Under the pieces are notes generated by a model, which saw only the letters and a list, made by a program, of their open reading frames with translations, had not been told where the DNA came from and ran no database searches. Shown here one piece after another: positions 1-10,422 of a DNA stretch of 64,000 bases. This stretch comes from Eubacteriales bacterium. GTDB taxonomy: Bacteria; Bacillota; Clostridia; Oscillospirales; CAG-272. The position numbers were made by a program, and so were the translations under genes. The DNA lies in the NCBI GenBank assembly GCA_045124505.1, contig JBGVLZ010000090.1, positions 24,507 to 88,506 on the forward strand, read 5' to 3'. Positions within the stretch are counted from its first letter, which is position 1. The number at the start of each line of letters is the position of its first letter.

Positions 1-561
1 AGTGTCGGTAATGTTCTTGATATGGATGAAGTCAAAATTCTTGATCCGAATGAAGACGGCGAAGGCGAGATCTGCGTAAAAGGTCCTAATGTTATGCTTG
101 GTTATTACAAAAACGAAGCAGCAACAAAAGAAGCAATCGACAAGGACGGATATTTTAAAACAGGCGATTACGGAAAACTTACAAAGGACGGAATTCTTTA
201 TATCACAGGAAGAAAGAAAAATCTTATTATTCTTTCAAACGGAAAGAATGTATATCCTGAAGAAATTGAAAATGAGCTTATATCCGTTCCCGGTGTTCAG
301 GACATTGTTGTATATGAAGGAAAAAGCCGCAGAGGCAGGGAGCATGACGCCATTGTTGCGGAGATATTCCCGGATAAGGAATATATCGAAAAGAACGGCA
401 TTACCGATGTAAAGGCATATCTTTATGAGTATGTTACAGCATATAACAAGACCGCAGTGCCGTATAAAAAGATTGCAGTTCTGAAAGTACGTAATGAAGA
501 TTTTCCAAAGAACACACTCAGGAAGATCATGAGATTTAAGATCAATACGAGTATTGATTAA
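1..561 (+). CDS. AMP-dependent (long-chain) fatty-acid--CoA ligase, C-terminal fragment; N-terminus upstream of window
   Basis: The frame-1 ORF is open to the window edge. The tail carries AMP-binding-enzyme C-terminal blocks (YFKTGDYG, ITGRKKNLIILSNGKNVYPEEIE, ...NTLRKIMR). Confidence 0.85.
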   Translation, partial: SVGNVLDMDEVKILDPNEDGEGEICVKGPNVMLGYYKNEAATKEAIDKDGYFKTGDYGKLTKDGILYITGRKKNLIILSNGKNVYPEEIENELISVPGVQDIVVYEGKSRRGREHDAIVAEIFPDKEYIEKNGITDVKAYLYEYVTAYNKTAVPYKKIAVLKVRNEDFPKNTLRKIMRFKINTSID

Positions 562-594
562 AATAATTAACACACCCTGTTAAAGGAGCAAAAA

Positions 595-1038
595 ATGAAG
601 GAACGATTTGAAACATTCACTGTTTTGATTAATAAGATAAGCCGTAATATAAGAAAGATAAAAAATCAGGAGATGGCGGAATACGGTCTTCGAAGCACCC
701 ATGTTACTTGTTTATATTATTTATATTCAGCTGAATCTTTGACTGCGACCGAACTGTGTGAACGGTGTGAGGAAGACAAGGCAACTATTTCACGTTCACT
801 TGATTTTCTTGAAAACAAGGGATTTATTGAATGTCAGTCCAAATCGGCAAAGAGATACAAAAGTCCTTTGTTCCTGACAGATAAAGGCAAGGAAGCGGGA
901 AAAAAGGTTTTTGATGCAGTTGCCCGTGTGCTTGATGAGGTTGGTATAGGACTTACCGACGGTCAAAGAGAAGAATTTTACAGTTATCTTACGACCATCA
1001 GCAATAATCTTGAAAAGATAACAGATAAAATGAATTGA
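595..1038 (+). CDS. MarR-family transcriptional regulator
   Basis: 147-aa ORF with an AAAGGAG RBS 6 nt upstream. Winged-HTH segment LTATELCERCEEDKATISRSLDFLENKGFI is typical of MarR. Confidence 0.85.
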   Translation: MKERFETFTVLINKISRNIRKIKNQEMAEYGLRSTHVTCLYYLYSAESLTATELCERCEEDKATISRSLDFLENKGFIECQSKSAKRYKSPLFLTDKGKEAGKKVFDAVARVLDEVGIGLTDGQREEFYSYLTTISNNLEKITDKMN

Positions 1039-1119
1039 CATAAAATAAAATACGAGTATAATTGTAATAAAAAACACAGTTCATTCAGTATTTTAAAAGA
1101 ATAGGAACTTAAATGATTT

Positions 1120-2421
1120 ATGAAAATTAAGACACGAAAGCTTTCTTATGATGAGGTTTTGAAAAAGCCTCGTTTAAAGCATAAAAAGCCGCTTAAGCCC
1201 AGCCGCTTTCTTGCGGCGGTGGTACGCATTGTTTCAGCGCCAACACTAAAAAAAATAAAATTTTCTTATACAACGGAGCGAATGGAGCTTGTCGGGAAAG
1301 AGCCTTGCCTTATTCTCATGAATCACTCAAGCTTTACCGATATGAAGCTCGCCTTCGGCATATTCTATCCGAGAAGAATGGGAATAGTTACATCCGTTGA
1401 TGCTATGTCCGGTATTTTAGGTAAGCTTATGAGGTTTCTCGGCTGTACACCGACGCATAAGTATGTTTCGGATATGTCGCTTATCAAGGATATAAAATAT
1501 ATGCTTAAGAAAAATAAGACAAGCGTGCTTATGTATCCCGAAGCAGGCTATTCCTTTGACGGAAGAACAACAACTTTGCCAAGAGGCTTTGGAGTGATAA
1601 TGAAACGCTTGGGTGTTCCCGTTGTAACGGTCATAACTCAAGGCGCATTTCACCGTGACCCGCTTTACAATATGCTTCAGATACGTGATGTCAAGGTAAG
1701 TGCACATGTGAAATGTATTGCAACAGCGGAAGAGCTTGAAGAAAAATCGGTCGAGGAGCTTGATGCGCTTCTTGATGAATCGTTTTCTTTTGATAATTTT
1801 GCATGGCAGAGGGATAATAAAATATCTGTCGATGAGCCTTTCCGTGCAGACGGCTTACACAGAATACTTTATAAATGCCCACACTGTAATGCGGAAGATC
1901 AAATGGATGGCAAGGGAATACATCTTACATGCCATGCCTGCGGTAAACGGTGGGAGATGGATGAATACGGTCAGCTTTCCGCCGATGACGGCGAAACAGA
2001 GTATCCGCATATCCCCGATTGGTACACTTGGCAAAGGGAGTGCGTCCGTGAAGAGCTTGAAAACGGCACATATCTGCTTGACGAGGATGTTGATATTCTC
2101 GTTCAGGTCGATCTTGACTGTGTTTATGATATCGGTTCGGGACATCTTACGCACAGCCTTGACGGCTTCCGACTTACAGGCGGTGACGGTGCGCTCGATT
2201 ATAAGCAGTCGCCCGTGTTTTCCCATACTCTTTATGCAGACTATTATTGGTACGAAATAGGAGATATGATAGGAATAGGTGATAACGAGTTTTCATATTT
2301 CTGTTTTCCGAAAAGAAATGTGTCCGTCACAAAAGCCCGACTTGCAACAGAGGAGCTTTACAAAATAAAAAAAGCCCCCCGCCGCCACCGCAAAACAGAA
2401 GATGATAATACACAAGCGTGA
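1120..2421 (+). CDS. PlsC-family (lysophospholipid/glycerol-phosphate) acyltransferase with internal four-Cys zinc ribbon
   Basis: HX4D motif NHSSFTDM and YPEAGYS block. CPHC...CHAC ribbon mid-protein. Confidence 0.75.
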   Translation: MKIKTRKLSYDEVLKKPRLKHKKPLKPSRFLAAVVRIVSAPTLKKIKFSYTTERMELVGKEPCLILMNHSSFTDMKLAFGIFYPRRMGIVTSVDAMSGILGKLMRFLGCTPTHKYVSDMSLIKDIKYMLKKNKTSVLMYPEAGYSFDGRTTTLPRGFGVIMKRLGVPVVTVITQGAFHRDPLYNMLQIRDVKVSAHVKCIATAEELEEKSVEELDALLDESFSFDNFAWQRDNKISVDEPFRADGLHRILYKCPHCNAEDQMDGKGIHLTCHACGKRWEMDEYGQLSADDGETEYPHIPDWYTWQRECVREELENGTYLLDEDVDILVQVDLDCVYDIGSGHLTHSLDGFRLTGGDGALDYKQSPVFSHTLYADYYWYEIGDMIGIGDNEFSYFCFPKRNVSVTKARLATEELYKIKKAPRRHRKTEDDNTQA

Positions 2422-2464
2422 GAATACCGCATTTTATGAAATCATTTAAAATATGATCAGACAA

Positions 2465-2510
2465 AATCTCCCCGATTCAGCATTTTGCCGAATTCGGGGA
2501 GATTTTTTTC
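2465..2510 (+). terminator. Rho-independent terminator after acyltransferase gene
   Basis: AATCTCCCCGATTC ... GAATTCGGGGAGATT hairpin followed by a T-run. Confidence 0.7.
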
Positions 2511-2585
2511 TTCATGACTTATTACATCTAAAACAACAAACATTTTCTTTTGTAATTATATCAACAAAACTGTCAATCTCAACCG

Positions 2586-2614
2586 TTGCAATTTACCGAA
2601 AGTTATGATATAAT
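2586..2614 (+). promoter_or_regulatory. sigmaA-like promoter
   Basis: TTGCAA - 17 nt - TATAAT, about 75 nt upstream of the 2690 ORF. Confidence 0.5.
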
Positions 2615-2689
2615 GGCATATGCATACAACTGTCGAAAAGAGTATTCGTATGATAAAAAATAAAAGGATATTTCATACAGGGATCATTT

Positions 2690-3469
2690 ATGAATTTTAA
2701 CAATGTGATAAGCCATTTGATGGTATGGTGCGAAAATAAAGCAAAGACTTATGAAACGACGTACAAAAACTGCGGTGGGGTTATGTATGTTGGATATCTG
2801 TTTGCATATGAGTTATCATTCAAACTTTCGGCACTGACGGATCGGTTGTTTGAAAATGTTGATAAAATGCAAAGGGAAATTTCAAATCTTCTTGATGTTC
2901 ATTATGAGCCTTGCATTTTAAATCCGCCCAACAATACCGCTGTGTACATAATTAGTAAATTGAATAAAGAATTTTGCGAATATTCAGCACAGATCATTTC
3001 AAATAAAGACAGTCTTGAGACGGTGAAAATTCCGTATTTTCGTGCTGTGTTAGGCGATGAAGCAAAAATACTTAAAGATAAGTTTTATAGTATCTGGAAA
3101 TATGAAAATACATCGTATTGGTTTCCTCTTATGGGGGATGAACCGAAAGAAATATCGGATAAGTTTTTCATTATGTATGATTATCTTGAAGTGTATATGG
3201 AGCAGCTTAAAGGGATTATCGGACTTCCTGAAACACATATCTACAGTTACGGCGAAACAGCATTCCGTCCCGAACATTGTATGGAAGTTGCGGAAATGAA
3301 TGCGTATGGCGGCTGTGAAACGATTTATACGGATAAGGATTTTACGTGGGCGGTCTATTTTTCTCATGAAAATACTGTCGCATTTGTCGGTTCAATAGTC
3401 AATGCTGTGAAAAAGATGTTGGAAAACGAAAAAGAGCATTGGAATAAATTTGAGTGGGATTTGGGATAA
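2690..3469 (+). CDS. hypothetical protein (259 aa)
   Basis: Long ORF in a co-directional gene string. I recognise no motif. Confidence 0.55.
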   Translation: MNFNNVISHLMVWCENKAKTYETTYKNCGGVMYVGYLFAYELSFKLSALTDRLFENVDKMQREISNLLDVHYEPCILNPPNNTAVYIISKLNKEFCEYSAQIISNKDSLETVKIPYFRAVLGDEAKILKDKFYSIWKYENTSYWFPLMGDEPKEISDKFFIMYDYLEVYMEQLKGIIGLPETHIYSYGETAFRPEHCMEVAEMNAYGGCETIYTDKDFTWAVYFSHENTVAFVGSIVNAVKKMLENEKEHWNKFEWDLG

Positions 3470-3476
3470 AAGTAAA

Positions 3477-3902
3477 ATGACAAAAGAATTAATACACGAT
3501 CCGATATTTCTTGCAATAAAGTCGGAGTTTGCCACGAAAGAAGATTTACATATTGCCGAGGATTTACTTGAAACGCTGACGGCACACAAAGACAGCTGTG
3601 TCGGCATGTCGGCAAATATGATAGGTGCGGGAAAACGCATTATTGCATTTCTCGATGAAAGCGGAAAAGAACCTGTATATACAGTTATGCTCAATCCCGA
3701 AATTATCAAAAAGGACGGTGCATATAATACAGAGGAGGGATGCCTTTCTCTCCTCGGCGGTCCCCGACCTTGCAAACGGTATAAATCTATCAAGGCAAGA
3801 TATCAGACAAAGGAACTTCAAACACGTATAAAAACATATACAGGCTTTACAGCACAGATCATCCAGCACGAAATTGATCACTGCGACGGCGTATTGATAT
3901 AA
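3477..3902 (+). CDS. def: peptide deformylase
   Basis: The three PDF motifs are present: GMSANMIG (GxGxAAxQ-like), EGCLS, QHEIDH. Start is set at the internal Met (MTKELIH) just after the upstream stop; the ORF-track start at 3450 is also possible. Confidence 0.9.
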   Translation: MTKELIHDPIFLAIKSEFATKEDLHIAEDLLETLTAHKDSCVGMSANMIGAGKRIIAFLDESGKEPVYTVMLNPEIIKKDGAYNTEEGCLSLLGGPRPCKRYKSIKARYQTKELQTRIKTYTGFTAQIIQHEIDHCDGVLI

Positions 3903-3998
3903 ATGAAGTACTGCATATCATATTGAGGTGTTTGAAATAACCGACTGATATGATGACAATGGTATGTAAGAAATTAAGAAAATAAAGGGAATGCTCTT

Positions 3999-5297
3999 AT
4001 GGCAAAGAAAACAACAAAAAGCCTGCGTTGGGTTCGTCTTGATAATGCGGCTAAAATATATCCTGCGGCAAGGCGTAAAAATTGGAGCAATGTTTTCAGG
4101 CAATCGGTAACACTTGTAGATGATGTAGATATAAGTGTACTGAAGTCTGCTTTAGATATTACTGTTGAGCGATTTCCGTCAATTGCGGCACGGCTGTGCA
4201 AAGGTCTGTTCTGGTATTATTTACAGCAGGTAGAGTCTGCCCCCGAGATCAGGGATGAATACAGTTATCCGCTTACTTATATGAGCAACAGCGAAATGAA
4301 AAAATGTGCATTTCGTGTAATTGTTTTTAAAAACCGTATTGCCTTAGAGCTGTTTCATTCGCTGACAGACGGTACGGGAGCATTGATCTTTTTGAAAAGT
4401 CTTACAGCGGAGTATCTTGAGCAGAAATATAAAATAAAAATTCCTTGCGAATACGGGATAGTAGACCGCAGGGAAGCACCCACGGAAGAAGAGCTTGAGG
4501 ATTGCTTTCCTAAAAATGCCGGAAAAGTTCCGTTAAGCCGTAAAGATACCGATGCGTGGCATATGTACGGCGACAGACACAAAGACGGTTTTCTTGATCT
4601 GACTTGCTTTAAGATATCTGTTAAAGAAGCGTTGAATATGGCTCATAAATATAATTCAACCTTGACTGTATTTATGAGTGCCGTTATGATGAAGGCTTTG
4701 CTTGATCTGCAAAATGAAAAAAATCCCGATACAAAACGTCAAAAACGGATCAAATTGCTTATACCGATAAATCTTCGCCAAATTTTTCCGAGCAATACCA
4801 TAAGAAATTTTGCGATGTATACAATCCCTGAATTGGACCCGCGCCTCGGAGAATATACACTTGATGAAATTTGCAAGGTCATTCAGCACAAAATGGGAAT
4901 GGAATTTACGGCAAAGCATATGAGCTGTGTTATTGCTACCAACGTAAACGATGAGAAAAATCCGCTTGTGCGTCTTATTCCTCTGCCGATAAAGAATGCT
5001 GTTATGAAAGCTGTTTTTGACAGTGTCGGTGAGAAGAAATCATGCTTATCTTTTTCTAATCTCGGAGCGGTAAAAGTTCCTGATGAAATGGCAAAATATA
5101 TTGAGCGATTTGACTTCATTCTCGGTGTACAGGCAGATGCTCCGTACAACTGCGGAATGTTGTCCTTTGGTGATACTGTATATATTAATTTTATACGTAA
5201 CATCAAGGATGCTGAGCTGGAACGGCACTTTTTTGCCGTTTTAAATGAATTGGGACTTTCTGCTACGGTGGAAAGCAATCAAAAGAGAGGTGAATGA
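3999..5297 (+). CDS. HxxxD(G) acyltransferase of the condensation / alcohol-acetyltransferase-like superfamily
   Basis: HSLTDGTGA active-site-type motif. The 432-aa size fits the family. Family-level call only. Confidence 0.65.
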   Translation: MAKKTTKSLRWVRLDNAAKIYPAARRKNWSNVFRQSVTLVDDVDISVLKSALDITVERFPSIAARLCKGLFWYYLQQVESAPEIRDEYSYPLTYMSNSEMKKCAFRVIVFKNRIALELFHSLTDGTGALIFLKSLTAEYLEQKYKIKIPCEYGIVDRREAPTEEELEDCFPKNAGKVPLSRKDTDAWHMYGDRHKDGFLDLTCFKISVKEALNMAHKYNSTLTVFMSAVMMKALLDLQNEKNPDTKRQKRIKLLIPINLRQIFPSNTIRNFAMYTIPELDPRLGEYTLDEICKVIQHKMGMEFTAKHMSCVIATNVNDEKNPLVRLIPLPIKNAVMKAVFDSVGEKKSCLSFSNLGAVKVPDEMAKYIERFDFILGVQADAPYNCGMLSFGDTVYINFIRNIKDAELERHFFAVLNELGLSATVESNQKRGE

Positions 5298-5298
5298 T

Positions 5299-5991
5299 AT
5301 GTACTGTATAAAATGCGGTGTTAAACTTGCAGATACTGAAAAGAAATGTCCTCTATGCAATACCGTTGTTTATCATCCTGAGCTTTCACAAACAACAGCA
5401 CAACCGCTTTATCCAAGTAATAAGATGCCGAAAAATGAGTCAGGATCAAAGATCCTGCACGGTGCGGTTATTATTTTGTTTTTGATTCCTTTGTTTATCT
5501 GCTTGTTTGCCGATCTGTCGCTTGACGGTAAAATTGAGTGGTTTGGATATGTTGCCGGTGCACTTGTAATTGCATATGTCGCCTTTGCATTACCGTTGTG
5601 GTTTAAAAAGCCGAATCCTGTTATATTTGTTCCGTGTGATTTTGCCGTGACAGCATTGTATTTACTGTATATCAATTCAGAAACAGGCGGTAAATGGTTT
5701 TTAAGCTTTGCGTTACCTGTAGTCGGCGGTATAGGTATTATTACCTGTACTGTAGTTACGCTTATGTACTATTTGAAAAAAGGCAAATTATATATATTGG
5801 GCGGTGCGTTCATGGCTTTGGGCGCATTTATGCTGCTTGTTGAATTTTTGCTTGATATAACATTTGGTTTGCAGTTTATAGGCTGGTCGGTATACCCGCT
5901 TGTTGTTATGTTCATGTTTGGCGGCTTACTGATCTATATTGCTATAAACAGTTCAGTCCGTGAAATGATAGAAAGAAAACTGTTTTTTTGA
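5299..5991 (+). CDS. zinc-ribbon membrane protein
   Basis: The N-terminus MYCIKCGVKLADTEKKCPLCNT (CxxC...CxxC) is followed by about 5 hydrophobic spans. GAGAGG RBS. The start is 2 nt after the upstream stop. Confidence 0.7.
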   Translation: MYCIKCGVKLADTEKKCPLCNTVVYHPELSQTTAQPLYPSNKMPKNESGSKILHGAVIILFLIPLFICLFADLSLDGKIEWFGYVAGALVIAYVAFALPLWFKKPNPVIFVPCDFAVTALYLLYINSETGGKWFLSFALPVVGGIGIITCTVVTLMYYLKKGKLYILGGAFMALGAFMLLVEFLLDITFGLQFIGWSVYPLVVMFMFGGLLIYIAINSSVREMIERKLFF

Positions 5992-6134
5992 TAATAAAAA
6001 CAAATCGTTATTCAGTGTAAAAAAACGCATATAAAACGAGAAAAAACAAAAACCGCTGAGGCATTTGCAATGCAAAAGCGCAATCAATGATAAAAATATA
6101 ACGATGAATAAGAATTTGTAGGCAAGTGTGAATT

Positions 6135-6737
6135 ATGGAATTTAACGAAAAACTTCAAGCATTAAGAAAACAAAAGGGACTTACGCAAGAGGAACTTGCC
6201 GAAAAACTGTACGTATCACGAACTGCTGTTTCAAAATGGGAGTCTGGCAGAGGATATCCCAATATAGATTCTTTGAAAGCAATTTCAAAGTTTTTCGGGA
6301 TAACAATTGATGAACTTATGTCCGGTGATGAATTGCTGAATATAGCAGAGGAAGATACCAAATTTAAAGAAAGAGCACTTCGGGATCTGATTCTTGGGTT
6401 ACTTGACTGCAGTATATCATTGTTGCTGTTTTTACCTTTCTTCGGTCAAAAAGCGGATGGCGTTATCAAAGCGGTATCACTCCTTGCTTTGAGTGATATT
6501 CAATCGTACTTGAAAACTGTGTATATAGCTTTTGTTGGCGTGATGGTAGTGTTTGGTATTATGACTCTTGCCATGCAAAACTTTCACAAAAGACCGTGGC
6601 AACAAAGAAAGAGTCTTTTGTCGCTGGTTTTAAGTACCGTTGGTGTATTCCTTTTCATTATAAGTCAGCAACCATATGCGGCAGTGTTTGTATTTGCATT
6701 TTTGATTATTAAGGCTTTAATGCTTATAAAACATTAA
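6135..6737 (+). CDS. XRE-family HTH protein with C-terminal membrane domain
   Basis: The N-terminus LRKQKGLTQEELAEKLYVSRTAVSKWESG is a canonical HTH_3. The C-terminal half is hydrophobic. Confidence 0.8.
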   Translation: MEFNEKLQALRKQKGLTQEELAEKLYVSRTAVSKWESGRGYPNIDSLKAISKFFGITIDELMSGDELLNIAEEDTKFKERALRDLILGLLDCSISLLLFLPFFGQKADGVIKAVSLLALSDIQSYLKTVYIAFVGVMVVFGIMTLAMQNFHKRPWQQRKSLLSLVLSTVGVFLFIISQQPYAAVFVFAFLIIKALMLIKH

Positions 6738-6850
6738 TGATACGAAGCGTATCATTGATGTGACGGCTAAATTCTTTCATTTTTTATTGCTTTTCCGTAA
6801 AATTATATTTGGATGAAATACAAAATACAAACCAAAAGGATGGTAGAAAA

Positions 6851-7501
6851 ATGAAAAGAATCAGAAAAAACTTTATAACCTCAGTGTGTTTACTTGCGGC
6901 TTTTGTGATGTGGACGGCGGCAATTTGCTTTGTGGATGTGCGTGCGATCGGTCCAAAAGGTTCATATGTGGGTTTTGCCGTTATCAATGGTTTTGTACAC
7001 ACTTTGACAGGCGTGCATTTCAGCCTGTATAATATAACGGATTGGCTCGGACTTGTTCCGATTTTCGTGTGTATGGGATTCGGTATACTTGGACTTGTGC
7101 AGTGGGTCAAGCGAAAAAGCATAGGTAAGGTGGATTACGATATTCTTGTTTTGGGCGGTTTTTATATAGTCACGATTGCTGTTTATCTATTTTTCGAGAG
7201 CGTGGTAATCAATTACAGACCTGTATTGATAAATGGATTTTTGGAAGCATCTTATCCGTCTTCAACGACAATATTGGTGATGTGCGTTATGCCTACGGCA
7301 ATGATGCAGTTGGAAAGCCGCATAAAGAACAAGGTTCTTGGGAATGTCATTGATGTTACAATTATCGCATTTACTGCTTTTATGGTAATTGGCAGACTTA
7401 TATCCGGTGTTCATTGGTTCACAGATATTGTCGGCGGTGCATTACTTAGTGCAGGACTTGTAATGCTGTATCGTGCTATTATAGATTTAAAAGCTCGGTA
7501 A
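6851..7501 (+). CDS. PAP2-family membrane phosphatase
   Basis: C-terminal GRLISGVHWFTDIVGG matches the PAP2 SRxxxxxHxxxD block. Multi-TM protein. Start is set at MKRIRKNF behind an AAGGATGG RBS. Confidence 0.7.
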   Translation: MKRIRKNFITSVCLLAAFVMWTAAICFVDVRAIGPKGSYVGFAVINGFVHTLTGVHFSLYNITDWLGLVPIFVCMGFGILGLVQWVKRKSIGKVDYDILVLGGFYIVTIAVYLFFESVVINYRPVLINGFLEASYPSSTTILVMCVMPTAMMQLESRIKNKVLGNVIDVTIIAFTAFMVIGRLISGVHWFTDIVGGALLSAGLVMLYRAIIDLKAR

Positions 7502-7528
7502 ATTCAGGTTTATCAAACGTAAAAATAA

Positions 7529-7592
7529 ATCCCCTTAAGTAGTCTTGAAAACTTTTTGTTTTTTCAAGTGTCTACTCTAAGGGGATTATATT
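7529..7592. terminator. bidirectional intrinsic terminator between convergent genes
   Basis: ATCCCCTTAAGTAG...CTACTCTAAGGGGAT long hairpin flanked by A-run and T-run. Confidence 0.7.
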
Positions 7593-7740
7593 ATTTTGTA
7601 AAATCTGTTGGGATTTATTATTTACTTACCGCGGGACAAGTTTGAGGCGAGCGAGCATGGGCTTGTGATTTTTCTGATAAAAATATCACACGTTGAGCTT
7701 CAGCAGCTTTTTGCGTTAACTTGTATGAGATAAAAGGGAA

Positions 7741-9504
7741 TCAATTGAATTTAATATCAGCGAAAATGGGCTGATGGTCGGTAAGATTTTCGGATTTATT
7801 TCTTGTGGGGGAGTGAAGAAGCACGTCAAAGCTTCCTGCTTTTCCTATTATGTGGTCAATAAGCTGGCCTTGATGCTTGAAGCTGTTTTTGAATACACCT
7901 TTTGCTATGGCGATATCGCTTGCGATCTCACCGTCTATATCTTCGATAAGCTGGTTGAGATATTTTCTTTCAAAACGGTGGCTGTTGAAATCTCCCGTGC
8001 AGAATACATGTGCATTCGGATATGTGCTTCTTAAATATTCGACAGTCTCGGCCATTTCCTTCGCGTCGTAATATTGCTTCGGTATTTCAGATACACCCTC
8101 TTTTTCCCAATGCCAATGCGCTGTTACAAGTGCAACTTCAAGTGTCGGGTTTTCGATAGATGTGAATTTTGCAGAGGAAATACCTACAGAATATTCATTT
8201 TCATAAGGATCGGGCAAATATGACATAGGGGAAAAATTCTGATAATCAAGCTTCCATTTATCAGAACGGTATATGATCGGGCTTTGTTGCGGTGCACCGT
8301 TGTGAGTTGTCTCAGCCATTGCATATTCAATTCCGTATGTGTCCTTGATTATTTTGAGATATTTTTTCAACGGCTCGTGGTAATTCACGTCCATTTCCTG
8401 TGTTCCGATAATATCGGGTGTGTAGTTGACGAGTATCTTTGCGAAAATTTCCGCACGCTGTGCTGAAATCGGGTATTTGCTGAAATCTTTTATTGCGCCT
8501 TCTGCAAGCACATTTGCAGACATTATACGGACATCTGCATTTTCGTTTAATGAGATGCTTTCTGTCGCAAGGTCGCCTGTCATGTGCGTGCCGGATTCAA
8601 GCGAGGCATTTGTATCCCTTAGAACGGTGTTGGAAAACATATAGCCTGCCATTTTTGCAGAGTAAGGACCGCCGCAAACTATCTGAACCTGACCCTTTTC
8701 TATTACAAGCTTATATTCCATAAGCCTGATACCGTCTTTGTAACACTTGGATGAAAGATATCTGTTGGTTTTTCCAATCAGTATTTCACGGGATGTTTCG
8801 GTACTTTCCGTGTCCTTAACAATGGGGAGCGTTATTTCGGTGTCACGCTTGATGCGCTCCTGAATTGACTGTGCAGCATCTAAAAATCCCTCTGTTTTAT
8901 CGCTGTAAACTATTGTGTAGCTTGCAAGATCCTTTGAAGAAAATGAAGCGGGAAGAGGAGATGAGCCGTCGTTTTTGTATTCTTCAAAAAGAAGAGTTCC
9001 TGTTGATTTATCATAATTTTCTGACATAAGAGATTCCGTAAAATAAGTTACAGCCGATGCGGTTGCATGATCAAAATTACCTGCAAATACAATGTGTTCA
9101 TCAGCCTTTTTTATCGTATATGCGTCTTCATTTGCTTTCAGTGCATCAACAGTCGAAGCAGACTGCTCAAAACAAGTAGCACCGAGAAGAATGTATTTAC
9201 CGTTTTCGTTTATTGCTTGAGAATCCGGGATGGAGTCAATGCTGACACCCGTTGCCGTTTGTATTGCCGATATAAGGCTTTGCTGTGCAGACATTAAAAC
9301 CTCCGAGCAATTTTCGGGATAAACAACGGTATACAACGCCGTGCTATCTTTGATTATTTCAACAGGGGTTGTATCGCTGACATGCTCAGTATCGCTTGCG
9401 GCCTTTGCCGTGTCTGTATTTTCGGTTTTTGTACAAGACGGTATTGCCAATACACATCCTGAAATAAATACAAGGGTAAGCATAAGAGAGAGAAATCTTT
9501 TCAT
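7741..9504 (-). CDS. lipoprotein with C-terminal endonuclease/exonuclease/phosphatase (EEP) domain
   Basis: Signal peptide plus lipobox (MKRFLSLMLTLVFISGC). The C-terminal third has EEP blocks (RIMSANVL..., GTQEM, TGDFNS, LTDHQPIFADIKF). AGGAAGG RBS before the internal Met. Confidence 0.8.
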   Translation of the reverse strand: MKRFLSLMLTLVFISGCVLAIPSCTKTENTDTAKAASDTEHVSDTTPVEIIKDSTALYTVVYPENCSEVLMSAQQSLISAIQTATGVSIDSIPDSQAINENGKYILLGATCFEQSASTVDALKANEDAYTIKKADEHIVFAGNFDHATASAVTYFTESLMSENYDKSTGTLLFEEYKNDGSSPLPASFSSKDLASYTIVYSDKTEGFLDAAQSIQERIKRDTEITLPIVKDTESTETSREILIGKTNRYLSSKCYKDGIRLMEYKLVIEKGQVQIVCGGPYSAKMAGYMFSNTVLRDTNASLESGTHMTGDLATESISLNENADVRIMSANVLAEGAIKDFSKYPISAQRAEIFAKILVNYTPDIIGTQEMDVNYHEPLKKYLKIIKDTYGIEYAMAETTHNGAPQQSPIIYRSDKWKLDYQNFSPMSYLPDPYENEYSVGISSAKFTSIENPTLEVALVTAHWHWEKEGVSEIPKQYYDAKEMAETVEYLRSTYPNAHVFCTGDFNSHRFERKYLNQLIEDIDGEIASDIAIAKGVFKNSFKHQGQLIDHIIGKAGSFDVLLHSPTRNKSENLTDHQPIFADIKFN

Positions 9505-9672
9505 TTTTAACCTTCCTTTATCATTAAACGGAGTGATGTTTCCGTTTGTGGAAATTATACCACGGCTCTTAACATTTTTCAAGATGTAATATTACATAAA
9601 TCAATTTTGTTGTTGTATTATCAATGCATTATCCGATATGTTTAAGGTATAAAAAAGCACACGGTAATCAGA

Positions 9673-9701
9673 TTGAAAAATTCATAAAAATATGATATAA
9701 T
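9673..9701 (+). promoter_or_regulatory. sigmaA-like promoter
   Basis: TTGAAA - 17 nt - TATAAT. Confidence 0.5.
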
Positions 9702-9736
9702 CAACTCACTGATAAGAATCTGCAGAGGTGATTAAG

Positions 9737-10396
9737 ATGATAGATATTTCCGCTTGGATAGATGCTTTTTTGAAGCAGTTGGATTACACATTTAAAAATC
9801 GTGTGTGGTTTGTTGGTATTCAGGGAAGTTATGGCCGTGAAGAAGCAACACCGTCGAGCGATATTGATATTGTTGTAATACTTGATAAACTATCTTCAAT
9901 GGATATTCAGATTTATGCTTCAATGCTGGATACCTTACCGCACAGAGAACTGATCTGCGGTTTTCTTTCGGGAAAAGATGATATTATGAATTGGGAGCCA
10001 TCTGACCTGTTTCAGTTTTGCCACGATACAACACCGATCAAAGGAACGCTTGATGAGGTTATGTCATTTGTCGATGAAAGCGCCGTGAACAGGGCAATTA
10101 AAATCGGTGCCTGCAACATATTTCACGGATGTGTTCATAATATGCTCCATGAAAAAAGCGAAGATGTTTTAAAAGGGCTGTATAAATCTGCATCTTTTGT
10201 TGTTCAGGCGATTGTATTTAAGCAGACCGGAAATTATATTAAACGTCAAGAAGAATTGATATGCGCCGCAAATCCCGCTGAACAAGCTGTTATAAATACA
10301 TTTTTAAGCTTAAAAAATGGCGGTGAGGTTAATTTTATTCCGATGTCTGACGCATTATTTCTTTGGGCGAAGCATTGGATCAGTGAAACCGTTTAA
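9737..10396 (+). CDS. nucleotidyltransferase-domain protein (KNTase/ANT-like fold)
   Basis: GSYGREEATPSSDIDIVV is the Pol-beta-type NTase motif (G-S-x9-13-D-x-D). Start is taken at the ATG behind GAGG; the ORF track starts at 9728. Confidence 0.7.
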   Translation: MIDISAWIDAFLKQLDYTFKNRVWFVGIQGSYGREEATPSSDIDIVVILDKLSSMDIQIYASMLDTLPHRELICGFLSGKDDIMNWEPSDLFQFCHDTTPIKGTLDEVMSFVDESAVNRAIKIGACNIFHGCVHNMLHEKSEDVLKGLYKSASFVVQAIVFKQTGNYIKRQEELICAANPAEQAVINTFLSLKNGGEVNFIPMSDALFLWAKHWISETV

Positions 10397-10422
10397 ACAA
10401 ACTTAAATTTACAGGTAAGCAA

